NCBI RefSeq assembly: GCF_003428155.1
Contig: NZ_QLIR01000001.1
Location: 224,558-256,557, forward strand
Direction of reading: 5' to 3'
Source: Fastidiosibacter lacustris
GTDB taxonomy: Bacteria; Pseudomonadota; Gammaproteobacteria; Francisellales; Francisellaceae
Length of the DNA: 32,000 nt
The notes under the pieces are model-generated. The model was not told the origin of the DNA and did not search any database. It was given only the letters and a program-made list of their open reading frames with translations. Within the stretch, counting starts at the first letter, position 1, and each line of letters opens with the position of its first letter. The position numbers and the translations under genes are program-made. Shown piece by piece: positions 9,318 to 20,944 of this stretch.

Positions 9318-11939
9318 TTAGTTAAATCCAGCTTTTGGTGTATAGCCTGGAATCATAGTGAGCCTTTGATCAAGTGAACTTTCGCTAGTACCACCTAGCC
9401 CTTTTAGCTCAAATTGAATAATGAAAGCATTGGTTAAAGGTCCTGTAATTTGAGAGGGATTGTTTGGATCACTAGATGAATTGACATATCTTTGTGCTAA
9501 GAAGCGAATTGCCCAACTGCAGGCATCATATTGAATGCCAGCAAACATGTTAGTCGTATGGCGTGAATTAAACGCATAACTCCACAATCCTGTGATTGAC
9601 CAATGAGGATTGAGTTTCCAGATAGTGGAAAAAGTAATTTGTGATAGTGAGTCAGGTAAACTACCTGCTTGAATTTGCTCTGGTGTGAGTGCTGCATAGT
9701 TATTTTTAATATTTTGGTAACCAATGTTAAAAATATGACTTTCGTTTGGTATATATTGTATTTGATAGGTTTGTAAGTCTATATTGTTGTTTTGTGGATT
9801 ATAAGTTGCATTGGTCATGAGTTGCCAATGTGGCAGAAACCGATAATTAAAAAATGCAGCTATATCAGAGGTGTTTGTGTTATAAAATGGGATTTTTGAG
9901 CTTGGGTTGGCACAATTAGCATTTGTACCTGAGCATAATGATACTTCACGATTCGCAAAATAAATAATTTGTCCAATTCCAGCGCTTAAAACATTTACAC
10001 CAGTTTCTTGGTGATTGACAGATGTTTCTAAAGCATATGCGAGTTGGTTAGCATTATTAATTCGGTCAATACCAGTAAAAACGTTTGTCTGAAACAATGA
10101 AGTATAAGAGAAATTATTTAAAGAAGTGTCAAACAGTGGAATGTTACTTTGGTTTTGATAGGGGATATAGGTGTAAAAGAGTCTAGGTTCTAAGGTTTGA
10201 GTGTAGTTGTGCTGATTAAAACTAAAATTATGATCAAAGTATAATCCTGTATCAATATTAATAATCGGAAGGCTGCGAATGATGTTTTGATCAGGATATT
10301 GGTTTTGGCTAAAATTAGGCGCAGTTGCAGCATTTCTGCTTTGTAAGCTATAAGCAGTTTCAGATAGGGTTATAGATGGGATAAAAAATCCCCAGTTTTT
10401 TTGAAAAGGAAAGCTGAGTTTTGGTGCACTGTAGTAACGTTGTCCTTGAACTTGGGATACATTATTTAAACCCGGTTTATAAAAATAAGTAAATTGGTTA
10501 TTCCACTCAAAGTTCATATGAGGTAATAAGCTTGGGTAACTCACATTAACATTGATTTGCGGCATCATCCAATAAGGTCGGTTGGCAAGATATATGGTAT
10601 CATCAATTACATCATAAGATTGAACGATTGCATTGATATTCCAGTTTTCATCGTTATAGTTTAGTTGTGCTTGTCTATTCAATAAAGTTTGTGTTGATAA
10701 ACCCATATTGTCACTATCAAAATCATTATAAAAATCTTTATCACCCACATATTGATAATTAAAATAGCTTGACCAATTCCTACCATACTGACCATTATCT
10801 GTAATAGAAAGCGCTTTACGATCAGTGTTAGCAATGCGATCATGTGGCATGTATTGCATATCTAAACTACCATTGTGCGTTTGAGTTAAATAACGAAAGT
10901 TGCTACCGATTAAAACGCCTTTATGATTATAGATGGTTGGTGTTAATAACAGATCATAATTAGGTGCCGTGTTCCAGTAAAAGGGCGTAGAAAGGTAATA
11001 ATCTGAGTTGCTGTTATAGCCGGCAGTAGGATATAAAAATCCGCTGCGTCGGCGATTGTCAATTGGAAAAGTCATATAAGGCCAGTATAAAATTGGTATG
11101 TCTTTGGCGTAAAATAAAGTGTTATATGCAGTCCCTAGTCCTGATTCTCGGTCTAAATCAAGTGTTGTTGCACTGAGTATCCAATCATTGCCATAAGGGC
11201 TATCAGTGGTATAAGTAGCATTTTTTAAAGTATAATTTGTTTTGCTATTTTGAATGATCTTATCAGCATGACCGTGAGCAAAACCTGTGAAGTTATTTTC
11301 TTTTTCTATTACCTCATCAGAAGCTAAATTTGCCATTGAGCCACTTGGTTTTTGGCGTACACGAATAAGGTAATAAGTATCATCTAAGGTTGCTGTGTTA
11401 TTGGTAATATTTGCATTACCTTGAGAGCCAATGGCAAGCTGTCCAGGTTGACTTAAATTAACATTACCAGTAAGGCTGACATTACTGATTTTTTTATCTT
11501 CATTTTGTGTTAAAACGGCTTTATCTGCTGAGAGATATTGGTTTCCTTTTCTAACTTCAACCGCGCCTTCAGCAGTAATCGTACCACTTTGGGCATATTG
11601 ATATTGTTGAGCGTTGATCTTTGCTTCATTAGAAGGACCTTTGATAATCGGATATTGATAATAATAACCCCCACAAATATTATTTAGGTCCGTTGACGGT
11701 AACCAGCCTAAAGCATCAGCAATAATCTGCTTTTTTTCTTTAGGTAAGATATTTTTTTTAAATAAATCAGCATTGTTATTGTTGGTTTGGACACATTTCC
11801 AAGTATCTCCATTTGCTGTACATTGCCATGATTTTTGTAGTGGGTTTTCAATGGTGATCTTGCTGCTACCCATAGTAGGGAGCGTGCAAATTATCGCTAA
11901 GGGTAAAACCTTTTTATGTAACTTTATTGTTTTTTTCAT
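9318..11939 (-). CDS. lptD: LPS-assembly outer-membrane protein LptD
   Basis: 873 aa. Signal peptide, aromatic- and Asn-rich beta-barrel composition. Conserved position upstream of surA. Confidence 0.9.
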   Translation of the reverse strand: MKKTIKLHKKVLPLAIICTLPTMGSSKITIENPLQKSWQCTANGDTWKCVQTNNNNADLFKKNILPKEKKQIIADALGWLPSTDLNNICGGYYYQYPIIKGPSNEAKINAQQYQYAQSGTITAEGAVEVRKGNQYLSADKAVLTQNEDKKISNVSLTGNVNLSQPGQLAIGSQGNANITNNTATLDDTYYLIRVRQKPSGSMANLASDEVIEKENNFTGFAHGHADKIIQNSKTNYTLKNATYTTDSPYGNDWILSATTLDLDRESGLGTAYNTLFYAKDIPILYWPYMTFPIDNRRRSGFLYPTAGYNSNSDYYLSTPFYWNTAPNYDLLLTPTIYNHKGVLIGSNFRYLTQTHNGSLDMQYMPHDRIANTDRKALSITDNGQYGRNWSSYFNYQYVGDKDFYNDFDSDNMGLSTQTLLNRQAQLNYNDENWNINAIVQSYDVIDDTIYLANRPYWMMPQINVNVSYPSLLPHMNFEWNNQFTYFYKPGLNNVSQVQGQRYYSAPKLSFPFQKNWGFFIPSITLSETAYSLQSRNAATAPNFSQNQYPDQNIIRSLPIINIDTGLYFDHNFSFNQHNYTQTLEPRLFYTYIPYQNQSNIPLFDTSLNNFSYTSLFQTNVFTGIDRINNANQLAYALETSVNHQETGVNVLSAGIGQIIYFANREVSLCSGTNANCANPSSKIPFYNTNTSDIAAFFNYRFLPHWQLMTNATYNPQNNNIDLQTYQIQYIPNESHIFNIGYQNIKNNYAALTPEQIQAGSLPDSLSQITFSTIWKLNPHWSITGLWSYAFNSRHTTNMFAGIQYDACSWAIRFLAQRYVNSSSDPNNPSQITGPLTNAFIIQFELKGLGGTSESSLDQRLTMIPGYTPKAGFN

Positions 11940-12044
11940 TGATTAAATATTATCCTTTTGCTCATTTGTCAGGATTTCTAGGTTTCTTTGAGCCAAAACT
12001 ACTGCTATTCTATCGCGTTGTTGATATATTTCTAGGAAAAAGTC

Positions 12045-13109
12045 GTGCAATCGAGATTTTTACAGATCATAGAGTGGTTAGAAGTACTTTTCCCAAAAGT
12101 GGAACCAACTTTAATTCCTATTATTGGTGACGCAAGCTTTCGCCAGTATTATCGCGTTGAGATTCAAGCTAAAAGCTATGTTGTCATGGATGCCCCTCTT
12201 GATCGAGAAAAACCAGATGCTTTTTTTCGAGTGGCACGTCTTTTAAGATATTTCAATTTGAATGCACCGCAATGTTATGCCTATCATCAAGAAGGTGGTT
12301 TTTTACTATTAGACGATTTTGGAGATATTCAGTTTTATGATGTACTTTACAAAGTGCATTCACATTCACTGTCATTTTACCAAGATGTATTGACGCTTAT
12401 TCCTAAATTCTGGCAAATCGAGAAAAGCTTGTTTCCTAACTATGAGAAAACGAAATTCAAGAGCGAGTTAGATGTCATGAAAATTTGGTTTTGGCAGTGG
12501 CTGGCTTTGGATGAGCAAACGCTAAAGCAACTAGAACGTCCTTATGAAAAATTACAAAAAATGTTAGTTGATTATGCCATAATACAACCAACAGTCTTTG
12601 TTTATCGTGATTTTCACAGTAAAAATATTATGTATATGGATAAAAAATTAGGTTTGATTGATTTTCAAGATGCCGTAAATGGTCCGATAACCTATGATTT
12701 GGTTTCAATATTAAAAGACTGCTACGTTAGTTTGCCACAGAGTTTTATTGATGAAGCGCTAGCGAGTTTTTATTATCAAGCAAAGCGTGATAAAAGGTTA
12801 GCAGAGGAAGTTTCTTATGCAACATTTATTAAGTGGTTTGATTGGATGGGGTTGCAGAGGCATTTGAAGTGCTTGGGCATTTTTACACGTCAAGATTTGC
12901 AGCATAAGAGGGAAAATTATCTGATTTATCTGCCGCGAGTAATACTTTATGTGAATGAGGTTTTAGTAAAATACCCAGAGCTTAACTTTTTTTATGAAGA
13001 TTGGCAGCGTTACGTTTTACCTGTGTATTATGAAAAAGTTGTGGCACTCAGTAATAGAGTAGTAAACCCGATTAAATTTGATGATACAAATAGCATATTA
13101 ACATATTAA
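12045..13109 (+). CDS. Aminoglycoside-phosphotransferase-fold kinase, AmgK-like (anomeric MurNAc/GlcNAc kinase candidate)
   Basis: 354 aa with a GTG start. APH-fold motifs FRQYYRV, YRDFHSKNIM and LIDFQDA. Divergent from lptD, as amgK is in pseudomonads. No murU partner follows. Confidence 0.6.
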   Translation: MQSRFLQIIEWLEVLFPKVEPTLIPIIGDASFRQYYRVEIQAKSYVVMDAPLDREKPDAFFRVARLLRYFNLNAPQCYAYHQEGGFLLLDDFGDIQFYDVLYKVHSHSLSFYQDVLTLIPKFWQIEKSLFPNYEKTKFKSELDVMKIWFWQWLALDEQTLKQLERPYEKLQKMLVDYAIIQPTVFVYRDFHSKNIMYMDKKLGLIDFQDAVNGPITYDLVSILKDCYVSLPQSFIDEALASFYYQAKRDKRLAEEVSYATFIKWFDWMGLQRHLKCLGIFTRQDLQHKRENYLIYLPRVILYVNEVLVKYPELNFFYEDWQRYVLPVYYEKVVALSNRVVNPIKFDDTNSILTY

Positions 13110-13132
13110 GTTAAAAGGTAGAGTATATAATT

Positions 13133-16100
13133 ATGTCAGTGCGTTTTGTTCATTTAAAAGTGCACAGCGAATATTCGCTTATGGATAGCATCATTCGCAT
13201 TAAGCCGATGTTGTCAGAATGCGTGCAGCGTAAGCTTCCAGCAATTGCATTAACAGATATGTGTAACCTATTCGCTGCTGTAAAATTCTATAAAGCAGCA
13301 TTAGATCAAGGCATTAAACCAATATTTGGTAGTGAGATTTATATTCAGGTGGATGAACGGATTCATCCATTAACTCTCATCGCAAAAGACAATGCAGGGT
13401 ATCAAACGATTGTTGAACTTATTTCATATGCTTATTTAAATGCTACACGTAAAGATGGCATTCCAATATTACCCAAAAATGAGCTAGCAAGCTTTAATTT
13501 CTCTCAAGTTTTTGTATTAAGCGGTGGACAAAAAGGTGAGCTAGGTTATGCACTTATGACTCAAGATTATAAAGAAGTCCTAGCTTTGCTTGATACTTAT
13601 ATGCAAATCTTCCCTAGAAATAATTTCTTTATTGAACTGCAACGCTTAGGAGTTGACGGTGAAGAGCGATATATCCAAAGTGTAATTGAGTTGGCAAAAG
13701 ACCAACATATTGCAGTTGTCGCAACTAATGATGTACGCTTCTTAGATGAAGAGAATTATTCTGATCATGAGATACGTGTGGGGATTTACCAGGGTTATAC
13801 ACTCTTGGATCAAAACCGTAAGAGCCAATATACGACTAAGCAATATTTGCGATCTAGCGATGAGATGTGTGAGCTTTTTGCTGACATTCCACAGAGTTTA
13901 TCCAATACTGTTTATATTGCTGAGAATGCAAATGTGACGTTTAAATTGGGTGGTGCGGTTTTACCACGTTTTGAAATCCCACAAAACATGACCGAGGCAG
14001 AATATTTTGCCAAAGTTTCTTATGAAGGATTAGAAGAGCGTTTTGATTTTATTTTGCACGATAAAAGTGAACAACAAAAACAAATGCTTAAAAAAAAGTA
14101 TAAAGCACGTTTGCAATTAGAGGTTGATGTTATTTGTCAGATGGGTTTTCCAGGTTATTTTTTAATTGTTGCTGATTTTATTCAATGGTCCAAAGATAAT
14201 GGTATCCCTGTGGGACCAGGACGAGGATCAGGTGCAGGATCGCTAGTTGCTTATGCACTTAAAATTACTGATATTGACCCTATCCCATATGGGTTGCTGT
14301 TTGAGCGTTTTTTAAACCCTGAACGTGTGTCAATGCCAGATTTTGATATTGATTTTTGTATGGATGGTCGCGATAGCGTCATTGAATATGTAGCACAAAA
14401 GTATGGAAGTGAGAGCGTGTCCCAAATTATTACTTATGGCTCAATGGCAGCAAAAGCAGTAGTGCGTGATGTAGGACGTGTATTAGCGCAGCCTTATGGT
14501 TTTGTGGATAAAATCGCGAAGCTTATTCCAAATGATTTAGGGATTAAGCTTAAAGATGCTTGTGCGCCAGATACGCCATTATATGAGCTATGTCAGCAAG
14601 ATGAAACCGCAGATGAAATTATCAAAATTGCACTTAAACTAGAAGGGCTTACCAGAAGTGTGGGGAAGCATGCAGCAGGAGTTGTAATCTCCCCATCAAA
14701 GGTAACGGATTTTTCACCGATTTACTGTGAAGAAGGTTCAAAACAGCTTGTAACTCAGTTTGATAAAAAAGATGTAGAAGATGTCGGACTCGTGAAGTTC
14801 GATTTTTTAGGACTTAGAAATTTAACTATTATTGATAATGCGTTAAAAATTGCTAATAAACAAAGACGTTTGCAAGGTGAAGCTGATTTAAACATCGTAC
14901 TTATTCCAATGAACGATAAAAAGACGTTTCAATTATTGCAAAATGGCGAAACAACGGGTGTGTTCCAGCTTGAATCTCGAGGAATGAAAGAGCTAATTAA
15001 GCGTCTTAAACCAGATTGTTTTGAAGATATTATTGCATTGGTTGCTTTATATCGACCCGGTCCACTTGGTTCTGGGATGGTAGATGACTTTGTTAATCGT
15101 AAGCATGGTCGCCAACGAGTAAGTTACCCACATCCAGCTTTGGAAGAGGTTTTAAAAGAGACTTATGGAACGATTTTATACCAAGAACAGGTCATGCAAA
15201 TTGCGCAAATTTTGGCAAATTATTCTTTAGGTGGAGCGGATTTATTGCGTCGAGCAATGGGTAAAAAAAATCCAGAGGAAATGGCAAAGCAGCGTGAAAC
15301 TTTTGAAAAAGGGGCCTTTGAAAATGGTATTGATCGCAAGCTCGCTAGTTCCATTTTTGATTTAATGGAAGAGTTTGCTAAATATGGTTTTAACAAGTCC
15401 CATTCTGCAGCTTACGCGCTTGTATCATATCAAACGGCATATTTAAAAGCACATTATCCGCAGGCGTTTATGGCGGCAGTTTTGTCATCTGATATGGATA
15501 ATACCGAAAAGGTGGTCAACTTTATTAATGAATGTCAGAAGATGAAATTAAGTCTTGTCTTACCTCATATCAATATCAGCGATTATTACTTCACCGTAGA
15601 TAATAAGGAGCAGTTGGTATATGGGCTAGGTGCGGTTAAAGGTGTTGGTTTTGCTGCCATTGACGGGATTTTAACAGAGCGTGTTAAAAATGGTGTATAT
15701 AAAAATTTATATGACTTGTGTTTGAGAGTAGACTTACGTAAGGTGAATAAGCGCGTATGTGAAGCACTTATTTATGCTGGCGCAATGGATGGATTTGCGA
15801 ATAATAGGCAAACGCTTATTGCAACTCTAGAAGATGCAATGAAATCAGCTGACCAAAAAACGCAAATGCAAAGTAGTGGACAGTTGGATCTATTTGGTTT
15901 TGATGAGGTTGGGATAGAGGATCTTCAATCTAATAAAGATCTAAGTAAGGTTGAAATTCCTAATTGGACGATAAAAGATAAGCTTATCTATGAGAAATCT
16001 GTGCTTGGTATGTTTTTGTCAGGACACTTAATCGATGAAGATCGCTTTTGGCTTAACTACTTTAAAGTGACACCATTAAATAGGATTACTCCAACAACAC

Positions 16101-16615
16101 GTAAAGAATCTATTTTACTTGCTGGTGTAGTTGTTTCGATAGCACAACGTAAAACAAAGTCAGGTAAACTTATGGGAGCGTTGCAGATTGATGATGGTTA
16201 TGAGCGTTTAGAGTTAGTCATATTTAGTGACCTTTACGATAGTGTGAAACACATGATTAGCGTCGATCAAACAGTTATTGTTGAGGGAGAAGTGAGTATT
16301 GATGGTTACAATGATCAGTTAAGGATTAATGCTCTTGATATTCAACCGATTGAACAATATGTCGATTTGACTATCAATACATTAAATTTCAATCTGCCAA
16401 TAGATAAGCTAAAAGTGCTATATGATATATTGTTGTTGGCAAGTAATGGTAAAGGCGAATCAAACTTAGCGACGAAAAAAGTAAAATTGACAATTACAGG
16501 TAGTGATTATCAGCTTATGACTATGGTAGATAAGTTAGCAATCAGTGCCTATGCTCTAACAGGTAAAATAAACATGTTATCACAACATCAAATTGAGCTA
16601 ACGCTGTTCGCTTAA
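13133..16615 (+). CDS. dnaE: DNA polymerase III alpha subunit
   Basis: 1160 aa. PHP domain FVHLKVHSEYSL; polymerase core GPGRGSGAGSLVAYALKITDIDP and PDFDIDF. Confidence 0.98.
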   Translation: MSVRFVHLKVHSEYSLMDSIIRIKPMLSECVQRKLPAIALTDMCNLFAAVKFYKAALDQGIKPIFGSEIYIQVDERIHPLTLIAKDNAGYQTIVELISYAYLNATRKDGIPILPKNELASFNFSQVFVLSGGQKGELGYALMTQDYKEVLALLDTYMQIFPRNNFFIELQRLGVDGEERYIQSVIELAKDQHIAVVATNDVRFLDEENYSDHEIRVGIYQGYTLLDQNRKSQYTTKQYLRSSDEMCELFADIPQSLSNTVYIAENANVTFKLGGAVLPRFEIPQNMTEAEYFAKVSYEGLEERFDFILHDKSEQQKQMLKKKYKARLQLEVDVICQMGFPGYFLIVADFIQWSKDNGIPVGPGRGSGAGSLVAYALKITDIDPIPYGLLFERFLNPERVSMPDFDIDFCMDGRDSVIEYVAQKYGSESVSQIITYGSMAAKAVVRDVGRVLAQPYGFVDKIAKLIPNDLGIKLKDACAPDTPLYELCQQDETADEIIKIALKLEGLTRSVGKHAAGVVISPSKVTDFSPIYCEEGSKQLVTQFDKKDVEDVGLVKFDFLGLRNLTIIDNALKIANKQRRLQGEADLNIVLIPMNDKKTFQLLQNGETTGVFQLESRGMKELIKRLKPDCFEDIIALVALYRPGPLGSGMVDDFVNRKHGRQRVSYPHPALEEVLKETYGTILYQEQVMQIAQILANYSLGGADLLRRAMGKKNPEEMAKQRETFEKGAFENGIDRKLASSIFDLMEEFAKYGFNKSHSAAYALVSYQTAYLKAHYPQAFMAAVLSSDMDNTEKVVNFINECQKMKLSLVLPHINISDYYFTVDNKEQLVYGLGAVKGVGFAAIDGILTERVKNGVYKNLYDLCLRVDLRKVNKRVCEALIYAGAMDGFANNRQTLIATLEDAMKSADQKTQMQSSGQLDLFGFDEVGIEDLQSNKDLSKVEIPNWTIKDKLIYEKSVLGMFLSGHLIDEDRFWLNYFKVTPLNRITPTTRKESILLAGVVVSIAQRKTKSGKLMGALQIDDGYERLELVIFSDLYDSVKHMISVDQTVIVEGEVSIDGYNDQLRINALDIQPIEQYVDLTINTLNFNLPIDKLKVLYDILLLASNGKGESNLATKKVKLTITGSDYQLMTMVDKLAISAYALTGKINMLSQHQIELTLFA

Positions 16616-16684
16616 ATGAGCTTTGTGTTACAATACAAAAGTTTTACAACAAAATAAGCTAAGTAATAAAATATAGAGGTTGAT

Positions 16685-17437
16685 ATGGCTGGTCATAGTA
16701 AATGGGCAAACATAAAGCATAGAAAAGCAAAAGAGGATGCTAAACGTGGCAAAATTTTCACTAAACTCATTCGCGAAATTACAGTTGCGGCACGCATGGG
16801 GGGGGCTGATAAAGACTCCAATCCACGTTTGCGTGCAGCTATGGCAACAGCGTTTAGCAATAACATGACTAAAGACACTATTGATCGCGCAATTAAAAAA
16901 GGTGCTGGTGGGGAAGAGGGTGGAAATCTAGAGGAAATTCGTTATGAAGGCTATGGACCTGCTGGAGTTGCTGTTATTGTAGATTGTATGACAGACAATC
17001 GAAATCGAACGGTTGCAGAAGTGCGTCATGCGTTTAGCAAATCAGGGGGGAATTTAGGTACAGACGGTTCAGTATCATATATGTTTAATAAAAAAGGTAT
17101 CATCAGTTTTGAATCAGATTACAATGAAGATCTCGTTATGGAAGTGGCATTGGAGTCTGGCGCACTGGACATCATTACTTATGATGATGGCTCAATCGAT
17201 GTTATTACTGATCCAAATGATTTTTTCGAAGTTAACGAGGCATTACAGGTTAAAGGATTAAAAGCAGTTTCAGCAGAAGTGACTATGGATGCTGATATGA
17301 AGTCAAATATAGATGACCTAGAAATTGCTCAAAAGGTTTTAAGCATGATTGATCGTTTAGAAGATTTAGATGATGTACAAAGCGTTTATACGAATGCTGA
17401 GTTTGCTGATAGTGTTATGGATGTCTTGGGTTCGTGA
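16685..17437 (+). CDS. yebC: YebC/PmpR-family transcriptional regulator
   Basis: 250 aa with the N-terminus [32 protein letters not shown]. Upstream of ruvC, as is typical. Confidence 0.92.
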   Translation: MAGHSKWANIKHRKAKEDAKRGKIFTKLIREITVAARMGGADKDSNPRLRAAMATAFSNNMTKDTIDRAIKKGAGGEEGGNLEEIRYEGYGPAGVAVIVDCMTDNRNRTVAEVRHAFSKSGGNLGTDGSVSYMFNKKGIISFESDYNEDLVMEVALESGALDIITYDDGSIDVITDPNDFFEVNEALQVKGLKAVSAEVTMDADMKSNIDDLEIAQKVLSMIDRLEDLDDVQSVYTNAEFADSVMDVLGS

Positions 17438-17949
17438 TTATTTTAGGTATTGATCCTGGATCAAGGATCACAGGCTTTGGTGTTTTAAAAATACAGGCAA
17501 AAGATTGCTTATACCTTACCAGTGGTTGTATTCGGATCACTAAGGAAAATACAGGTGAGCGTTTAAAACAAATTCAAGACAGCATTCATGAGATCATTAG
17601 TGCATATCGACCAACAGAAGCGGCAATTGAGCAGATTTTTATGTTTCAGAATCCAGGTGCAGCCTTAAAGCTTGGACAAGCTCGAGGGGTGGCAATGTGC
17701 ACATTAGCAAATAATAATTTGCCGATCAATGAGTATTCCGCAAAGCAAGTCAAGCAAGCAGTTGTGGGAAATGGCAATGCTTCAAAATATCAAGTACAGC
17801 ATATGGTGCAAACGTTTTTGCAGCTAAGTAGCAAACCGCAAGCAGATGCAGCAGATGCTTTAGCTATTGCGATTTGTCATTTTCATAGTTACAACAGTCT
17901 TACCTATATTCCTGGTGCCACAAAAATTGTAAGAGGACGCTTAAGGTGA
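17434..17949 (+). CDS. ruvC: Holliday junction resolvase RuvC
   Basis: 171 aa. Contains [15 protein letters not shown]. The GTG start overlaps the yebC stop (GTGA). Confidence 0.92.
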   Translation: MIILGIDPGSRITGFGVLKIQAKDCLYLTSGCIRITKENTGERLKQIQDSIHEIISAYRPTEAAIEQIFMFQNPGAALKLGQARGVAMCTLANNNLPINEYSAKQVKQAVVGNGNASKYQVQHMVQTFLQLSSKPQADAADALAIAICHFHSYNSLTYIPGATKIVRGRLR

Positions 17950-18602
17950 TTGGTCGCATAAGAGGCGAGTTGTTAGAAAAGCAACCACCTATGGTTCTGG
18001 TTGAAGCTTGTGGTGTGGGTTATGAAGTATGGGTGCCGATGAGCTCAATTTATCAATTGAGTGATATAGGTCAAGAAGTCATTTTATATACCCATTTTGT
18101 GGTAAGAGAAGATATACAACAACTTTATGGTTTTGCAACAAAATCAGATCGAAGACTCTTTCAGGAATTAATAAAGGTCAATGGAATTGGTGCAAAAATG
18201 GCATTGGCTATTTTATCAGGAATGGATGGTTCGACTTTAGTAAAATGTATAGAATCGCAAGATCACGACTTATTATGTACTGTTCCAGGTATAGGCAAAA
18301 AAACCGCAGAGCGTATAATAATTGAAATAAAAGATAAAATTAATAAACTTGCCTTGGAATTAGATGCTTTAACAACAGGAAACTTAAACTTAAATAAGAA
18401 GGTAAATGTGCAGCAAAGTGGAGTCAGTAACCAAACCGAAACGATGTACCAACAAAGTGCAATTATTCATCAAGCGCTAGATGCACTAGAAGCATTAGGT
18501 TATAAGCGCAAAGAAGCAGAAAAATATGTGCATAAAGTAAAATCTCAAGCAGATACGGTAGAGGCACTTATTCGTTTGGCATTACAGGCAACTCAAAAAT
18601 AA
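17946..18602 (+). CDS. ruvA: Holliday junction branch migration complex subunit RuvA
   Basis: 218 aa. N-terminus MIGRIRGEL; HhH motifs [14 protein letters not shown] and [13 protein letters not shown]. The GTG start overlaps the ruvC stop. Confidence 0.92.
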   Translation: MIGRIRGELLEKQPPMVLVEACGVGYEVWVPMSSIYQLSDIGQEVILYTHFVVREDIQQLYGFATKSDRRLFQELIKVNGIGAKMALAILSGMDGSTLVKCIESQDHDLLCTVPGIGKKTAERIIIEIKDKINKLALELDALTTGNLNLNKKVNVQQSGVSNQTETMYQQSAIIHQALDALEALGYKRKEAEKYVHKVKSQADTVEALIRLALQATQK

Positions 18603-18688
18603 AAATACTGGCAGTAAAAACTCTATTTTTTTGATATATTTGTCGCCCTCAGTAATAGTAATAGAGATTGATTCAATCGGGAGGGTCT

Positions 18689-19981
18689 ATGGGTGCTTTA
18701 TCTTATCAAGATAAACTTTCACAATTACCACTAACACGATCTTGGTTTGTGGTGATTATTATTTCGTTCTTTTTCTTTTTTGAGTTTGGTTTAGGTAATG
18801 CTTTTAATACTCTAACACCGGCAATTCTAGATGCTTATCCTGAGTTGACACCAGTGAGTGTGAGTTTTATTGCAAGTTTATATTTTTATACCAATATTAT
18901 TGGTCTTATCCCCGCAGCTTATGTATTAGATCGTTTTTCACCTCGCCTGGCCATTACTATTGCTTTATTGGTTTGTGCAATGAGTATTTTTATAATGACT
19001 TTGACTAATAATGTTTATGTAATGGGTGCCTCACGGTTATTGATAGGAGCAGGTGCGAGCTTTTGCCTAATTGGATGTGTGCGTATTGCAACGAATTGGT
19101 TTCCAGCAAATCGACTTGGTTTTGTGATTGGTATTATCATTGCAATTGGGATGTTAGGTGGTTATACAGCACAAGCGCCAATTGGTTATTTATTAGATGC
19201 TTTTGGGTTAAATGGTACTTTGTACATTATTGGTTTTTTTGGATTGTTTTTGGCAGTATTGATCTTTACTATTGTGCGTGATGCACCAGCTTCATTACAA
19301 TCAGAACGTTATGCACAAACAATAGCAGTCAAAACCGAATCTATTGTGCATACACTCAAAACAGTGCTGGCAAAGCCACAAAATTGGTATTGTGGGCTTT
19401 ATGTTGGCTCAATCAACGTTGGCACTTGGATGTTGGGTGGAATGTGGTCGAATGAATATTTAATAAAAACGCATGGTGTAGATATGAGTGAGGCGCGTTC
19501 TATTACTGGCTATATCTTCTTAGGCATGATTTTTGCTTACCCATTTTGGGGATGGTTAACTGAGAGTATGAATCGTCGTAAACAACCCCTTATCATAGGA
19601 GGTATGCTTTCTGTGGTGATTATTCTCATTATTATGTTTTGTACAGTAAGCGTAACCCAGTTGTCTATATTGTTTTTCTTACTTGGTTTTGTTACCAGTG
19701 CACAAATGGTTGCCTATCCTGTGGTAGGTGAGACAAACCCAATGAAAAATAACGCAATTGCGACAAGCATAGTATCGATCAATTCATTGCTTTGGGGTGG
19801 GGTAATTGCCATGCCATTGTTTGGTATGCTTACTACACACTTCAATACAATAAAAGGTTTAGACGCGATGGCAGCCCCTGGACTTAATTTTGGTATGGGG
19901 ATTTTGCTAATTGGCTTTATCATTAGTATTATATTTGCATTGTTAGTGAAAGAGACGTATTGTAAGCGTCAAGTCGATTAG
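18689..19981 (+). CDS. MFS transporter
   Basis: About 430 aa, hydrophobic throughout, with a roughly 12-TM pattern. I prefer the ATG at 18689, preceded by GGGAGGG at 18679-18685, over the TTG at 18668 in the ORF track. Confidence 0.75.
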   Translation: MGALSYQDKLSQLPLTRSWFVVIIISFFFFFEFGLGNAFNTLTPAILDAYPELTPVSVSFIASLYFYTNIIGLIPAAYVLDRFSPRLAITIALLVCAMSIFIMTLTNNVYVMGASRLLIGAGASFCLIGCVRIATNWFPANRLGFVIGIIIAIGMLGGYTAQAPIGYLLDAFGLNGTLYIIGFFGLFLAVLIFTIVRDAPASLQSERYAQTIAVKTESIVHTLKTVLAKPQNWYCGLYVGSINVGTWMLGGMWSNEYLIKTHGVDMSEARSITGYIFLGMIFAYPFWGWLTESMNRRKQPLIIGGMLSVVIILIIMFCTVSVTQLSILFFLLGFVTSAQMVAYPVVGETNPMKNNAIATSIVSINSLLWGGVIAMPLFGMLTTHFNTIKGLDAMAAPGLNFGMGILLIGFIISIIFALLVKETYCKRQVD

Positions 19982-19994
19982 AAGAAGGGAAAAT

Positions 19995-20942
19995 ATGCAG
20001 TTTCTTGAATTTGAAAAACCAATTGCAGAGCTTGAAGCAAAAATTGAGGCTTTAGCAAAATCCAGTGCACATAATCAAGATGTTCAGCAGGAGATTGAGA
20101 AGCTTCAATCCAAAACTTCAGACTTAATGAAAAAAATTTATAGTGGATTAACCGATTGGCAAATTATTCAATTGGCACGCCATCCTGAACGTCCTTATTT
20201 TTTAGATTTGTTAGCTAAAATTTTTACCGACTTTCAAGAGCTGCATGGAGATCGTGCTTTTGCTGATGATAAAGCAGTGATTGGTGGTATGGCTAAGCTT
20301 GGAGATAGACCTGTTATGGTTATCGGTCAAGAAAAAGGGCGTAAAACTAAGGATAAACTTAGACATAACTTTGGAATGATGCACCCTGAGGGATACCGTA
20401 AGGCTTTGCGCCTAATGAAACTTGCTGAAAAGTTTAATATGCCGGTAGTGACCTTTATTGATACGCCTGGTGCTTACCCTGGTGTTAAAGCAGAAGAGCG
20501 TGGTCAAAGTGAAGCCATTGCTCGTAATTTACTTGAGATGTCTAAACTCAATGTGCCTATTATCTGCGTTGTAATTGGTGAAGGCTGTTCGGGTGGTGCA
20601 TTAGGAATTGGCGTTGGTGATAAGCTTGTCATGCTTGAATACAGTTATTTTGCAACGATTTCACCAGAAGGATGTGCTTCGATTTTATGGAAAACAGCTG
20701 ACAAAGCAGCCGATGCTGCTGAGATTATGGGTATTACCGCTAAGCGCTTAAAAGAGCACAATATTGTCGATGAAGTCATTAAAGAACCGTTAGGTGGTGC
20801 GCATCGCAATATTGATGCAGCTGCAAGTGAAATCAAAGAAACTTTACAGCGTCTATTATTTGAGCTTACTGCTTTAAGTAATGAAGAGCGTTATCAAAGA
20901 CGTTATCAAAAACTTATGTCTTTTGGTGCATTTGAAGGCTAA
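19995..20942 (+). CDS. accA: Acetyl-CoA carboxylase carboxyltransferase alpha subunit
   Basis: 315 aa. Contains [23 protein letters not shown] and [14 protein letters not shown]. Confidence 0.96.
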   Translation: MQFLEFEKPIAELEAKIEALAKSSAHNQDVQQEIEKLQSKTSDLMKKIYSGLTDWQIIQLARHPERPYFLDLLAKIFTDFQELHGDRAFADDKAVIGGMAKLGDRPVMVIGQEKGRKTKDKLRHNFGMMHPEGYRKALRLMKLAEKFNMPVVTFIDTPGAYPGVKAEERGQSEAIARNLLEMSKLNVPIICVVIGEGCSGGALGIGVGDKLVMLEYSYFATISPEGCASILWKTADKAADAAEIMGITAKRLKEHNIVDEVIKEPLGGAHRNIDAAASEIKETLQRLLFELTALSNEERYQRRYQKLMSFGAFEG

Positions 20943-20944
20943 TT

